Assembly: GCA_002269645.1 (NCBI GenBank)
Contig: NIVC01002231.1
Coordinates: forward strand, 1 to 37,871
From: Macrostomum lignano
Taxonomy: Eukaryota
Direction of reading: 5' to 3'
Length of the DNA: 37,871 bases
Shown: piece by piece, positions 1-11,728 of the stretch
Layout of the letters: the number at the start of each line of letters is the position of its first letter
Numbering within the stretch: the stretch's first letter is position 1
Notes under the pieces: model-generated
What the model was told of the DNA's origin: nothing
The model's input: only the letters and a program-made list of their open reading frames with translations
The model's database searches: none
Position numbers and translations under genes: made by a program

Positions 1-542
1 ACTAACTAAAATGATAGCTGCAGCTTAAAGGTTCTTCGTGTTCTCAAAGGTGTGGTCTCTAACTAATTGATGTTGTCTCTGTAGTCATTTATGTCCCGTT
101 TTCTATGCAGGGTAGAGTATACTTCATACAATGTTCTGTGAATTTTCTCTGAGCAAACTGAATATCTTCATTCACAATTTTTCAATTCTTTTTGTTCAAC
201 TAACCGCTCCAACGCTTCTTGTTCTGGTCTACTTAGTGGGTATCGGTGATAGTCGACCTGTTAGAGTCTTATATTTATTAGCAAGGAATCGGCTCCTTTC
301 TTGACATTCTCTTTGTTGATTGTGGTAGATAGTGGAATTAGGTTGGTCTACTTCCAATTGTTCGATAGCTTCCCTTTGTTTTTCATACCTACCGAGATAC
401 GGTGGCTTTCTGTTAAACCGTCTCAGATGCTCGTTTTGCAACCAGGCGCTTTCTCTTAAAAAAACGAGAGGCGTTGATTATTTCGCCTCTTTAAGAATTC
501 ATTAACAAAATTTTTGCCGGATTTGCTTTCGGCATTTTTTTC

Positions 543-1039
543 TGTAATGTCCACATGAAAGCCAAGTGGTGTAATGTCTACATGAAAACCAAGCAGTGTA
601 ATGTCTACATGAAAACAAACAGTGTAATGTCTACATGAAAACCAAGCGGTGTAATGTCTACATGAAAACCAAGCGGTGTAATGTCTACATGAAAACCAAG
701 CGGTGAAATGTCTACATGAAAACCAAGGGGTAAAATGTCTACATGAAAACCAAGGGGTAAAATGTCTACATGAAAACCAAGCGGTAAAATGTCTACATGA
801 AAACCAAGGGGTAAAATGTCTACATGAAAACCAAGCGGTGAAATGTCTACATGAAAACCAAGGGGTAAAATGTCTACATGAAAACCAAGCGGTAAAATGT
901 CTACATGAAAACCAAGCGGTGTAATGTCTACATGAAAACCAAGCGGTGAAATGTCGACATGAAAACCATGCGGTGAAATGTCGACATGAAAACCATGCGG
1001 TGTAATGTCTACATGAAAACCAAACGGTGAAATGTCTAT
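543..1039. repeat. 27-bp minisatellite (GTAATGTCTACATGAAAACCAAGCGGT), ~18 copies
   Basis: Unit visible directly; explains the 9-aa-periodic ORFs (FSCRHFTAW / KCLHENQAV). Confidence 0.95.
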
Positions 1040-2037
1040 TAGAAAAACACACTTGAACCCACCAAAAGCGGCCAGATTACTAATCCGTTATTCTTTTATC
1101 CACAAGGAAACAAAACTATATTTGCGTTTCTCAAGCTGCATGATTTCATGAATCGACATTAAATGCATATCAGAGTACAGTTACACCAGGTGGGCGTCCT
1201 TCGTCGGTATTACTCGTAGCTTTTTGAAAAAATCAATAAACTTGGTAAATTTTTTCTCGTTAATATACCGAAAATACTTGCTCGACAATTGCCTCCAAAC
1301 ACGAAGCGGTTATCGACACTCGGACGCAGCTACTAAGAGTAGTCCCTCAGTTCTCGCAAGTTCTAGCAAGAAGCACGCGTTTGTCCAAACGAAAAGAAAA
1401 ATGATGTCTCAAATTACAAATGATGTTAAGAAGTTTACGCAGCCGCTCAACTGCAAGCGCAGACGCCATTCAGGTGCGAAAATCTCACGCGGCCCTAGGG
1501 ATTGTACTTTTATCAAGCATAAGCTAAACGAAAGCAAATTTTGCAACCAAAGCACTCGTGCAAGAAGCTGTTTGCTATATCGGCACGTAGAAAGCAGTTG
1601 GGAATCGCAGCAAATTTTGAGTAAGCCCAGATTGCTGGTTCCTGTCACGGAATGAATGTCTGGAGCAGTGCATTCCGTAATCTATGGGACCGGGACTGCC
1701 ATATTTAAAGCACAGAAGCCAGTCTTTACCGCAGCGAGCTGACAATCCGACGTTAAGCTGATTTGAAATCATTAATTGCATAATGAAAATTTTCATCATT
1801 GCTGTTCTCTGCGCCGCTGCCGCAGTGGCTGAGGCTGATTGTAAGTTGACCTGATCCGTAATTGGTGTTTTGATCCGGTTTTTTGTCTAGCATATTTGCC
1901 GAACAGCTCAGCGGTAAACGCGTCTGACTCTCGTGCCAAAACGACCCACTGGTTCGACTCCGCGAGCGGCCAAATTCATTTGGGCTTTTGCAGGAAAATC
2001 GGGTTTTAGTACAGTTTACAGCCATGAAGGCCAACCC

Positions 2038-2453
2038 CCGAGGCACAGAGAGTGCACGCACGCATGGGGACCAAGTTCCAAGGCGCAGAGAGTGCACGCA
2101 CGCATGGGGACCAAGTTCCAAGGCGCAGAGAGTGCACGCACGCATGGGGACTAAGTCCGAGGCGCAGAGAGTGCACGCACGCATGGGGACTAAGTCCCGA
2201 GGCACAGAGAGTGCACGCACGCATGGGGACCAAGTTCCAAGGCGCAGAGAGTGCACGCACGCATGGGGACCAAGTTCCAAGGCGCAGAGAGTGCACGCAC
2301 GCATGGGGACCAAGTTCCAAGGCGCAGAGAGTGCACGCACGCATGGGGACCAAGTTCCAAGGCGCAGAGAGTGCACGCACGCATGGGGACCAAGTTCCAA
2401 GGCGCAGAGAGTGCACGCACGCATGGGGACCAAGTTCCAGGGCGCAGAGAGTG
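2038..2453. repeat. 40-bp minisatellite (GGCGCAGAGAGTGCACGCACGCATGGGGACCAAGTTCCAA), ~10 copies
   Basis: Near-identical tandem units; source of the overlapping repetitive ORFs at 1753-2621. Confidence 0.95.
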
Positions 2454-3015
2454 TACATTCCGACTATTAGAAAGTCAGGGCTGCTGTATACACTGCGTGA
2501 GCATGTGCATGAGTTCGTGCCTGTGTACAGCATTGGCGCAGGAGTCATATGCTCAGTAGTCAGCGGAATGGGCAGAATTAAGAGGCCTAGACTGAGACCC
2601 GGGACGGGGACCCCTGACTGAAGACACCCACCCTGGCTCCGACCCCTGCTTCCTGACCGGCCGCAAGAGTTCGCCGACGCAGCTACTCTCTGAGCAGCGA
2701 AAGTTCATTGCCCAGTGGCTGACTCAGGAGAGAAAGTTTACTGACCAATCAGAGACCCGCTACTAGTAGACGGGGGAACGCAGCGCAAGGGCCGGGCAGA
2801 GGGAACAGCCACCCCAAACCCCCAAAAAAGGGTGGAGTCATAAGCCCCCAAACCCGGGCCCAGGTGGTGCTGGCAGGCTAGGAAAAACTGGAGGAGGGGC
2901 CAAACCCGCCAGGCAAACACAGGGCGGTCGGCTGGGGATGCACAAAGCAAAACAATTATAGTATTCTAGCATTCCGATGAGTCCGGGGGCAAATCACTGA
3001 GCAATTTTCCTGCAG

Positions 3016-3229
3016 CAAAGTGGCCCACATTGCAGACGGAATGGACCCGATGGTCCGGGACGCCATCGACTGGGTTGAGCGCTTCGTGCCGGAGGTGAAG
3101 GAGGTGCGGACCAACGGCAACTACATGGAGATTCTGGCTAAGGTGATTGACGCCATGCAGCGCTTCCCGGGCCTGCGGGACCAAATGCAGAGGGACAACC
3201 CGCTGCTGTTCAAGATCCTGCTGGGCTGA
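3016..3229 (+). CDS. Probable terminal coding exon of an unidentified gene (KVAHIADGMDPMVRDAIDW...LLFKILLG*)
   Basis: Preceded by acceptor-like TTTTCCTGCAG (ends 3015); GC3-rich codon usage like the gelsolin exons; no recognisable domain. Confidence 0.35.
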
Positions 3230-3970
3230 GCTCTGGGGCCGGCACTTCCTTTTTGACCTTGTCGAAGTGCTTTAAGCTGGTACTTTGATGCGCTTAGGAA
3301 CTGTTGATGTGGTGGTGAGGCTCGCTAAATACATTGGAGTTTCAATACACTGTCTGTACAGAACTTCAGAGACGTGTTAATGAATTCGTATTGCGTTGGA
3401 AAAACACATGCTAGGCAGGCTGCCCCATTCATTCGTGTATTTTAACTGTAGAGGCGCTATTGACCACTACATTGTGTATTAGCAATAGCGAATGCTACTG
3501 AAAGTAACAAGTTGTAAATAAACATGCAGAATCATTGAAAATTGCAAGAAACTTTCGATGCAACAGACTGTGTTAGGAGAAAATTCCAAGGATCGGAATG
3601 TCCCATCATTTTACCCCTAGCAGCCCTAGAGCCCTACTTAGCGAAGTCTAACTCTTTTCTCCAATTCGAATCAAACAGACTAACGCAGCCTTGTCTGATT
3701 ATTGCCGAGTGTGCGGCCTCCCTTTTGTATCTGGCGTGGGTGAACGACTGGCTGCGTGTAACGACTTTATTAGAATTTTGGTGGCCTTGATTGTCCTGAT
3801 TGTCTGCTTGGTTGGCGCGAACGTCGCTGGACTGACCGCTCTTGACTGGTGCCGGCGGCTGTCGTTTTGTCCCCATGGAACCCGCAAGTTCATCTAAAAA
3901 TGTTATTGATTATTTATGAACGATGATTCGAGAAATCCGCTTTCACTCTTTCAGTTGAGTAAGAGCAATA

Positions 3971-6900
3971 CTACTCACGCGTTGCCACGATGTCAGTAGC
4001 TAGACTGGCTCCAGAAGGTCGGCGAAGAGTATTTTCTATCAGTTTATGCTTCAGGTTGGGCTGAAGTTAATCGAAATACGTAGATCAAACCAATACAGCA
4101 AGTAATTCAATGTAATCGATATTTATGAGCTATGAAAATTGTTTTTAAAACCAATTAATGCTAAACAAAAAGCGCCTACCTGAGCATCCAATAAAGTCGA
4201 GACCAGCCTACTCAGATGAGCAGCCGTGATTCTCTTCCTACGCCTGTCGAAAACTCCCATTAGCTGTTCATTGCTGATGCTGTGCTGCAGGCAGTAATGC
4301 AGCAACAGCCCCAGATCCTGGGGATCGCCGTAGTCCCAAGAAAATGTGTTGAAGAGTTCAGCTGCTTTTTCATTGCCATTCGGTTGTTTTCGAATGAACT
4401 CGAGGCGGAGCGCCTTGGACAGCGCGTCGAAATTGATGTAGCTCGCCTGGTCGCGACTTCCCCGACTCAGTGGAAAAATCTCTCTCAGATAGGCTGGAAG
4501 AAACTTGAACTCGACTTTCTTGTGAAATCGGAAATAGAATTTCCAAGCTGAGTCGTTGGTCTGAAGATAACGGAGGACGTCCTCCACCGAGCTCGGGATG
4601 GACTTGCTGACGGTGCTGACCGGGGCGACGAGTGAATAGCCGCTTTTGCCAGTCCTCATGAGCGCCATCGCTCTGAGGCACTCTCGAGCAGTTCTGGCCC
4701 AATCAGGTATGCTGTTGATTTCCTCTTTGATGGTCTTTTCAAAGTTGTCATCAGCCAGCGACAAGAGGACATACTTGATAACATCGTAGGTATCGTGGTA
4801 CTGCAGCTCAGCTGTAGGAAATGACCGCTCTTCCAGCACGGGCAGTAGAAGAAACGGGTGAAACTGGAACTCCATAGAAGGATTTTTGCAGAGTCCTTGT
4901 CGAAATTCTTCCAGTGCAGTAGAAAGATTGCAAATAACTTCTTCAATGGCTCTTCGGATTTCCGACTTGGGGTGGTGATTGCGGTGCAGATAAACAAATG
5001 CATCTCGCAGGAAAAAGTGTTGCATGCACTGATGCGGTGAACAGAAGTCAGTTCTTGTGTTGTGAAAACCTCTTTTAAGCAGAAGCTCCAACGATCGTCT
5101 CACCAGCTCATGAAGACTCTCTTTAGTCCAGTGTTCTCTTGGCGTCCCGTCGAGCATAAAGAAGAAAGTGTTCTTGGCGTGGTACGTTTTCAGTCCATTC
5201 ACTTTAGCGGAAATTACTTTTTTGATAATGTATTTCAGCAGCACGAAAACCTGGCCCTGCTCGTCGGTTAGGCTCTGCATGAGCCGCCTCTCAAGCAGGT
5301 TGGTGCTGACTCGCATTCGTTTGCCACTCAGCCCTGGCGGCGCTGCGGCAACCAAATGGCATGGCGAGTTTTTCAGCTCGTCCGCGAGCGATTTCAGAAT
5401 GTTGGACGGAATGCACGACTGATAGCCAGACTGCAGCACAGCGATCGTGGGATACTCACTGAGTGGATACGCAGTCACAAAGTCCATATTCGGTCGAAGC
5501 ATTGATCCATTTTGAGTGACACTTGGCTCAGAAACTGGAACGGAAGTAACAGGGTGCATGATGATAATGATCGATTGTTTGTAAATTAGACCGGTTACTC
5601 CTACCTGAGATATCAATCTCGATGTGCCCGTCGCTATAGCTATGTTCGGAGCAGACTTTCACTACAGGGCCTTGCTGTAGCGCTGTCATATCGATGTCTG
5701 AATCCGGGTCCAGCTTTCCATCGTTTTGCGTAAAGCACATGCCCCATCCATCAGAGAAGCTACCAACGATGGAGAACTGATCAGAAGGCAGCCTTTGCTT
5801 TTGGATGAATTCTAGGGTGGCCGCAATCCTGCTTTGCATTGCGGCGTTCGCTGCTGTGAAACCGGCAAGCCTCATTTCGGAGCTCAAAGATTCGCAAGAA
5901 TCCATCAGGCTCGTGTCTGAGCTGTCAGATGCAGAGATACTGCTCGGCAAGGCACTCATGGCAAGAGCTGTCAACCAAGGCTCTATGGTTGCCTGCGACT
6001 GGATCAACAACTTCGCAACCTTAGTGTGGCCGTTCTCCAGTGCAACAAGCAATGGAGATTCTTTCCGGCGGTTTCGCTGGTTCAAGTTTGCTCCGGCCTG
6101 AACCAGACTTGCGACGACAGCGATATGACCATTCCTAGCGGCAATCATGAGAGGTGATCCTTTTTTTGTCTGGACATCAACATCCGCCTGAGCCCCAATC
6201 AGTTTCTCAATCACCCGAATGTGACCTCCCTTTGCTGCTGCGAACATTGGCGACGATAGCGGCTTCGGCCAAAGAGAGTTGCCGCAGGCCCCGGCACGAA
6301 TCAGACTGACGGTGGCGTCTACGCGGCCCTTACTGGTCGCTAAGCAAAGCGGGGAGTCGCCCGCTCTGGTCAGGCTGTCGATATTGGCTCCGGCTGCGAC
6401 AAGCAGATCGACAAGGTTGGCTTGAGAGTTCTGTGCCGCTGCATGCAGGGGACTGAAGCCCTTGCAATCGGCCAGGTTAATGTTGGCGTTGGATGCTAGC
6501 AGCTTGCGTACAACGTCGAGTTTGCCATTCTTGGCAGCCACTAAAAGCGCCGTTGCTCCCAATTTAGTCTGGTGGTCAATTTTAACTCCTGCCTGCAAGA
6601 GCTCAGTAATCACGGCTGTGTGCCCGTGACGGGCCGCTATGATGAGCGGCGTGCAGCCGTCCTTGTCCCCGAGATCTATGTTGGCTCCATGTTTAATGAG
6701 CGCTTGCGCAGACTCGACACGTCCTGACTGGGCTGTTGCATGCAAGGCTGCACGACCTTTGTTAGTCTGGAAGTTCAGGTCCGTTCCCGACTCAGCTAAT
6801 AAGGAAATCACTTCCGCGTGTCCGTGCTGAGCAGCGATGTACAAAGGCGTTGCGTTTGAGCAGCGGAGCTGAAGATCAACATTCGCTCCGGATCTTATTA

Positions 6901-7555
6901 GAAATCGAACAAACTCCAGGAGACCTCTCTTAGCGGCGAGGTGAAGCGGTAATGCGTACAGCTCGTTCCGCTTTTGCGCTTCCAAAAGCACTCCACCAAG
7001 GCAGTCGGTCAGTTCCATTCTGCCACACAAAGCCGCAATTTGAATCGCTGCAAATCCGTTGTCCTTTGCTGTTGTGAAATCCGCGCCCATCGATAAGAGC
7101 AGATTCAGTATCTCTCGGTGGCCCCTGAGCATGGCCAGTTCAGTCAGGGTGAGTCGCATTTGACTTAAAATGCGCTTCTCCTGCTCACTCGGTGTCTTCG
7201 CTAGTCTTGAAGCCGCGGCCAGCACCCAGAGAGCTGGAGAGCCGGTGCTGCAAAAATGAACATCGGCGCCAGCGCGAATCAGCACCTCGACGGCGTCCAA
7301 CTGGTCGCAGAAGACGGCAACAAACAGCGGCGAGCCGACCTTCTTGTCAGAAGGACAGTCGAGCCCGACGCCGTGCTTAAGCAGCAGCCGCACAGCAGGA
7401 GCGCAGAATGCCGCTGCCACATGCAGCGGTCGGCTTCCATCGGGATCTTCAGCATCAGCAGAACGGGGCTGGACAGTAAGCAGCCTCTCTGCTGCTTTCA
7501 GGTCACCGTCTCGTAATGCCAATTTGAGCTCTGCCCTGTTCGATTCGCAGTACAT
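3971..7555 (-). CDS. Ankyrin-repeat + Mab-21/cGAS-like nucleotidyltransferase (ANK-cGLR), ~1,120-1,130 aa; exons 7555-5605, 5534-4180 (or read-through to stop at 4123), possible last exon 4060-3971
   Basis: ~15 ankyrin repeats (e.g. GCTPLIIAARHGHTAVITELL). NTase motifs GS (5759-5764), SDID (Asp codons 5696-5698 and 5690-5692) and MDFVTAY (Asp 5482-5484). Mab-21 C-lobe motifs (RVSTNLLERRL, VLLKYI, LKTYHAKNTFF, W, HFF). The two ORFs join in frame across a GT-AG intron. Confidence 0.85.
5535..5604 (-). other. 70-nt GT-AG intron joining the ANK/NTase-N ORF to the Mab-21 ORF
   Basis: Minus strand TCAG|GTAGGAG...CTAAT...TTCCGTTCCAG|TT; phase 1 on both sides gives in-frame ...IDIS-V-SEPSVTQ. Confidence 0.8.
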
Positions 7556-7812
7556 TTCTGTCACTGCCGAAAGGCAGCTACTGCATAATTTACAGGTTTA
7601 TTTATAAAATGCTTCCATGTAGCTGTACTTCATTGCTTCTCGAAAATCACTAGTTGAAGATTTTCCTTGCTTATCTGATTCGATAAAAAAAGACCCCTTG
7701 ACGGCTGGTTGCAGAATTAACCGCAGGCTTCCAACCTCTGCTCAAGCGGAGGACGCACACTCGTGCGATAGTGTCAGTTTGGCGGCGCGAGCTAGTGGCT
7801 GCTGCTGCGTGT

Positions 7813-8331
7813 AGGGGCGTAGCCAGAGGGGGGGGGCAAGGGGGCCGTGGCCCCCCCCAATCAACCAACTCTGGCCTTGGCGCCCCCCCCCTAAAAGAAA
7901 CTGGCGCCCCCCCCCTAAAAGAAACTGGCGCCCCCCCTAAAAGAAACTGGCGCCCCCCCCCTAAAAGAAACTGGCGCCCCCCCTCCCTATAAAAAACTGG
8001 CGCCCCCCCCTAAAAGAAACTGGTGCCCCCGGCCCCTCCTAAAAGAAACTGGCGTCCCCCCCTAAAAGAAACTGGCGCCCCCCCCCTAAAAGAAACTGGC
8101 GCCCCCCCTATAAGAAACTGGCGCCCCCCCCTAAAAGAAACTGGCGCCCCCCCCTAAAAGAAACTGGTGCCCCCCCCCCTAAAAGAAACTGGCGCCCCCC
8201 CCTAAAAGAAACTGGCGCCCCCCTATAAGAAACTGGCGCCCCCCCCTAAAAGAAACTGGCGCCCCCCTATAAGAAGCTGGCGCCCCCTAACTCACGGCCC
8301 CCCCAATCAAAATTCCTGGCTACGCCCCTGC
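7813..8331. mobile_element. Non-autonomous TIR element (MITE-like), filled by a C-rich tandem repeat
   Basis: TIRs AGGGGCGTAGCCAG (7813) and CTGGCTACGCCCCT(GC) (to 8331); flanking direct repeat CTGCGTGT at 7805-7812 and 8332-8339 (8-bp TSD-like; left TIR 2 nt shorter). Confidence 0.75.
7879..8288. repeat. ~22-25-bp tandem repeat CTAAAAGAAACTGGCGCCCCCCC with variable poly-C
   Basis: Directly visible, inside the TIR element. Confidence 0.95.
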
Positions 8332-10666
8332 CTGCGTGTACCTGGCAGAGGAAATACGCTCGTAAGCACTGCACCTATGTAGTGTGCACGTATTTCCCGT
8401 ATTCAATACAAAAGGCAGTGTGTATTCAAGTCTTCTGCAGCTGATAGTGGTTGAAACTTTTTTCACACAAACAGACAAAAAACTCGATAGAGGGCTCAAC
8501 GTAACGGATCTTCCGCACAATTTATACACTAAAACGACAGTAGATAAGGCAATTGGTCACCCTTAAATCAAATGATCTGTCAAAATCTAACGAAACTAGG
8601 CACTATGCATACACTTACAGGCTGGCTCTGCTTCAAATCAAACGAGATCAAAGTCCCAGCGACTACACGGGGTGCACAAAACTGCCGTTTTTATCCTGTC
8701 TGAAGTTGAGACCTTCGACAGAACGATGAACTGGAACCCAAGAAGTGACAAGTCAACGCGATTCCCAAGTGGGTTATCCAGCTGAGAAGCTTCTTTGACC
8801 TCACCAAGCATCGCGACTGCTCCTGCCGAGCCACAAATAGCCACAAAATCAATATTCTAAAGCAGGCTATATAGCTCGTAGCTTGTAAAGATCTCACCGA
8901 CAAGTGTCTTTAATACTCAGCAGTAATAGTACTCTGCAGTCTTACATTTGATTTGGACAAAATTTTTGCTGCGAGCCAGTCTGCACAAGTCGGTGTGGCT
9001 GTGGGTAAGCTTAATGCTAGGACTAGATAGTCTCTCTACCTTACAAAAGGAACTGTAATATAGAGAAGGCACTCCAAGTAAGAAGCTTGTTACGATTCAA
9101 CAATGAGGAAAAAAATCTGGTGACTCCAAGAAGTTCCGTTGTAAACTTCCTGTCGACCTGTCGTCGTTGGAGATTGTCTACTCAGGTCTGAGATTACGTA
9201 TTTAATGCAAGTACAAGAGTGAGCAAGGGCGAGCGAGCAAAGGGAGGAAAGCGAAGAAAGGCGCAGCTTCTTGCTTGTGTTGTGAGCCCCCGTCCTCCGG
9301 AGCAACGCCTACAGCTTTAACCTGTCGGGAAGCTGCGACCCCCACGTCCCCAGTCAGAGCTCCCGTCCCGCGCCCTAGGGAGAAGCAGAAAAAGGACAGT
9401 AACTCGCGAACACGAACTTACACACCGTAGCCGATGCAGTTCGCCGTGCACTTTTTATGGTAGATCGACGAGTCGTTTAGTCAATAGCCAACGGAGGCGG
9501 ACCAACGCGCGCAAGGGAGGAGTCTGCCCTCCAGACAGCGACTATATTTTTCATTGGTCCTACGCGTACATGAATATAACTTAAGAACAAATGTACGGTA
9601 CAGCAGGGGAGGTGGGGCGGGGTGGCGTGATCGGCGTACGCGTTGATTATTGATTGGAGGGTTGGGGCAGACTGGAGGGTTGGGGCGGGGCAGGAGGGCG
9701 AGAAAGGGCACGATTGCACAACACTTGGTTTGATAAGGGTTTGTATGTCATTTTCTCAGTCTTTCGCATTAAAGGATGCTGTCATAGTAAATTACAGCCA
9801 ATACTCTACAGCTTTTGCTAGTTTGAGCATATCCATCAGTTATTAATACATTCAAAGCTGAATAGAAACTTTAGGGCCGAAAGTACATCACTTCATTACA
9901 GTCCAACTGAATGCTTGCGCCTGACAGAAGTAGCCGAATGCCTAGGCGATTAATAATTGGATTGTTTTCGGTCTCCCTGGCAGTCATTTATCGAAGCTCA
10001 AGGTCAAATATGTATCCCGAACAGCTGAATTCGTTGTTGAGAGTTCAAACACACAAGTAATGAAATAATTTAAAAAGCTGTCTCTTTCAGTATATGCGAG
10101 CGATTCACACATTCGCACTGCTTTAACTCTTCATTAACTAAGTCTCTACGAGGCTGAATTCCTACTCAATTGTTAACGCCAGCTGAAGAAGTTAAAAAAC
10201 ACAAAGAACTGGTTCTTGGCTATCGCGAGTTGCGAGAGACATATAGAAGATCATAGCTGACATTGTCTTTATTCTAGCCAACCACTCTTCGTCCTGGCCT
10301 GATAAACACCTTACTCTGTGAAAGAAGAAAATTAATTTGGATTAATTTAGCTAAAGAGAGTTGGCCAACTGACTTTAATCCTGAAAACTTTATGATTTTG
10401 CAGAGCGATTGTTAACTAGTACCTAAAACAAATAGACTAAATTTTATCTGCCGAATCAAGACACGATGGCTATTAAGAAAAAATACTCGTATGTCCTTGA
10501 AAAATGGAAATAAGAATTGAACAGCAGTAACATTAACTGTAGCATCTCTACAGATCAAATATTAGGACTTCTATTGAAATAAATAAAACCGAAACCGAAA
10601 TGGGGATTCAAAAAAAAGCCCGAGTAAAAACAGACGCAATTGGCAAATATTGTGGGATTTCTGAAT

Positions 10667-11728
10667 TCACGAATTGCTGCAAGCTTCGATGCTCTTAGCG
10701 TTGCCTCCGATCCTGATCCTTCTCGACATGCTCTTGGCGTTGCCTCCGATCCTGATCCTTCTCGACATGCTCTTGGCGATGCCTCCGATCCTGATCCTTC
10801 TCGAAATGCTCTTGGCGTTGCCTCCGATCCTGATCCTTCTCGACATGCTCTTGGCGTTGCCTCCGATCCTGATCCTTCTCGACATGCTCTTGGCGTTGCC
10901 TCCGATCCTGATCCGTCTCGACATGCTCTTGGCGTTGCCTCCGATCCTGATCCTTCTAGACATGCTCTTGGCGTTGCCTCCGATCCTGATCCGTCTCGAC
11001 ATGCTCTTGGCGTTGCCTCCGATCCTGATCCTTCTAGACATGCTCTTGGCGTTGCCTCCGATCCTGATCCGTCTCGACATGCTCTTGGCGTTGCCTCCGA
11101 TCCTGATCCGTCTCGACATGCTCTTGGCGTTGCCTCCGATCCTGATCCGTCTCGACATGCTCTTGGCGTTGCCTCCGATCCTGATCCGTCTCGACATGCT
11201 CTTGGCGTTGCCTCCGATCCTGATCCTTCTCGACATGCTCTTGGCGTTGCCTCCGATCCTGATCCTTCTCGACATGCTCTTGGCGTTGCCTCCGATCCTG
11301 ATCCTTCTAGACATGCTCTTGGCGTTGCCTCCGATCCTGATCCTTCTCGACATGCTCTTGGCGTTGCCTCCGATCCTGATCCTTCTCGACATGCTCTTGG
11401 CGTTGCCTCCGATCCTGATCCGTCTCGACATGCTCTTGGCGTTGCCTCCGATCCTGATCCTTCTAGACATGCTCTTGGCGTTGCCTCCGATCCTGATCCT
11501 TCTCGACATGCTCTTGGCGTTGCCTCCGATCCTGATCCTTCTCGACATGCTCTTGGCGTTGCCTCCGATCCTGATCCTTCTCGACAAGCTCTTGGCGTTG
11601 CCTCCGTACCGGATCCATCTAGATGGTGGGTACCTGATTATTATTCTATTCGCACTGCTGACTTCCTCGCAGTCGACTGAAGCACAAATGATGCAGCAGG
11701 CGATGGCGGCCAGCAAAGAGCATAGCAT
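10667..11728 (-). CDS. Secreted multi-peptide precursor-like protein (~353 aa): signal peptide + 24 tandem 13-aa cationic units (RRIRIGGNAKSMS)
   Basis: ATG in CCCGCCATG context; hydrophobic N-terminus MLCSLLAAIACCIICASVDC; 23 RR dibasic sites; common repeat variants (TCG/TCT AGA, AGG/CGG) are synonymous in this frame. Confidence 0.65.
   Translation of the reverse strand: MLCSLLAAIACCIICASVDCEEVSSANRIIIRYPPSRWIRYGGNAKSLSRRIRIGGNAKSMSRRIRIGGNAKSMSRRIRIGGNAKSMSRRIRIGGNAKSMSRRIRIGGNAKSMSRRIRIGGNAKSMSRRIRIGGNAKSMSRRIRIGGNAKSMSRRIRIGGNAKSMSRRIRIGGNAKSMSRRIRIGGNAKSMSRRIRIGGNAKSMSRRIRIGGNAKSMSRRIRIGGNAKSMSRRIRIGGNAKSMSRRIRIGGNAKSMSRRIRIGGNAKSMSRRIRIGGNAKSMSRRIRIGGNAKSMSRRIRIGGNAKSISRRIRIGGIAKSMSRRIRIGGNAKSMSRRIRIGGNAKSIEACSNS
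10689..11623. repeat. 39-bp tandem repeat, ~24 copies
   Basis: Unit CTCTTGGCGTTGCCTCCGATCCTGATCCTTCTCGACATG visible directly. Confidence 0.97.

Noticed and set aside
456-1052. 198-aa Cys/His-periodic ORF (FSCRHFTAW)n
   Set aside because: By-product of a 27-bp minisatellite open on both strands; no independent coding signal.
543-2453. Repeat arrays as CRISPR-like
   Set aside because: Head-to-tail units with no unique spacers, no cas genes, and eukaryotic context.
1753-2621. Overlapping ORFs over the 40-bp repeat
   Set aside because: Unit length is not a multiple of 3, so frames cycle; repeat artefact.
3634-3897. Short ORFs, one with a TM-like stretch (ILVALIVLIVCLVG)
   Set aside because: Too short, no family or convincing splice context.
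5528-5616. Frameshift/pseudogene reading of the ANK-cGLR junction
   Set aside because: A phase-compatible GT-AG intron explains it.
9088-9750. Possible solo LTR (TGTTACG start, CCAAT boxes, GCTTCTTGCTTG shared with ~23400)
   Set aside because: Similarity is limited to short motifs; no TSD or defined right end.
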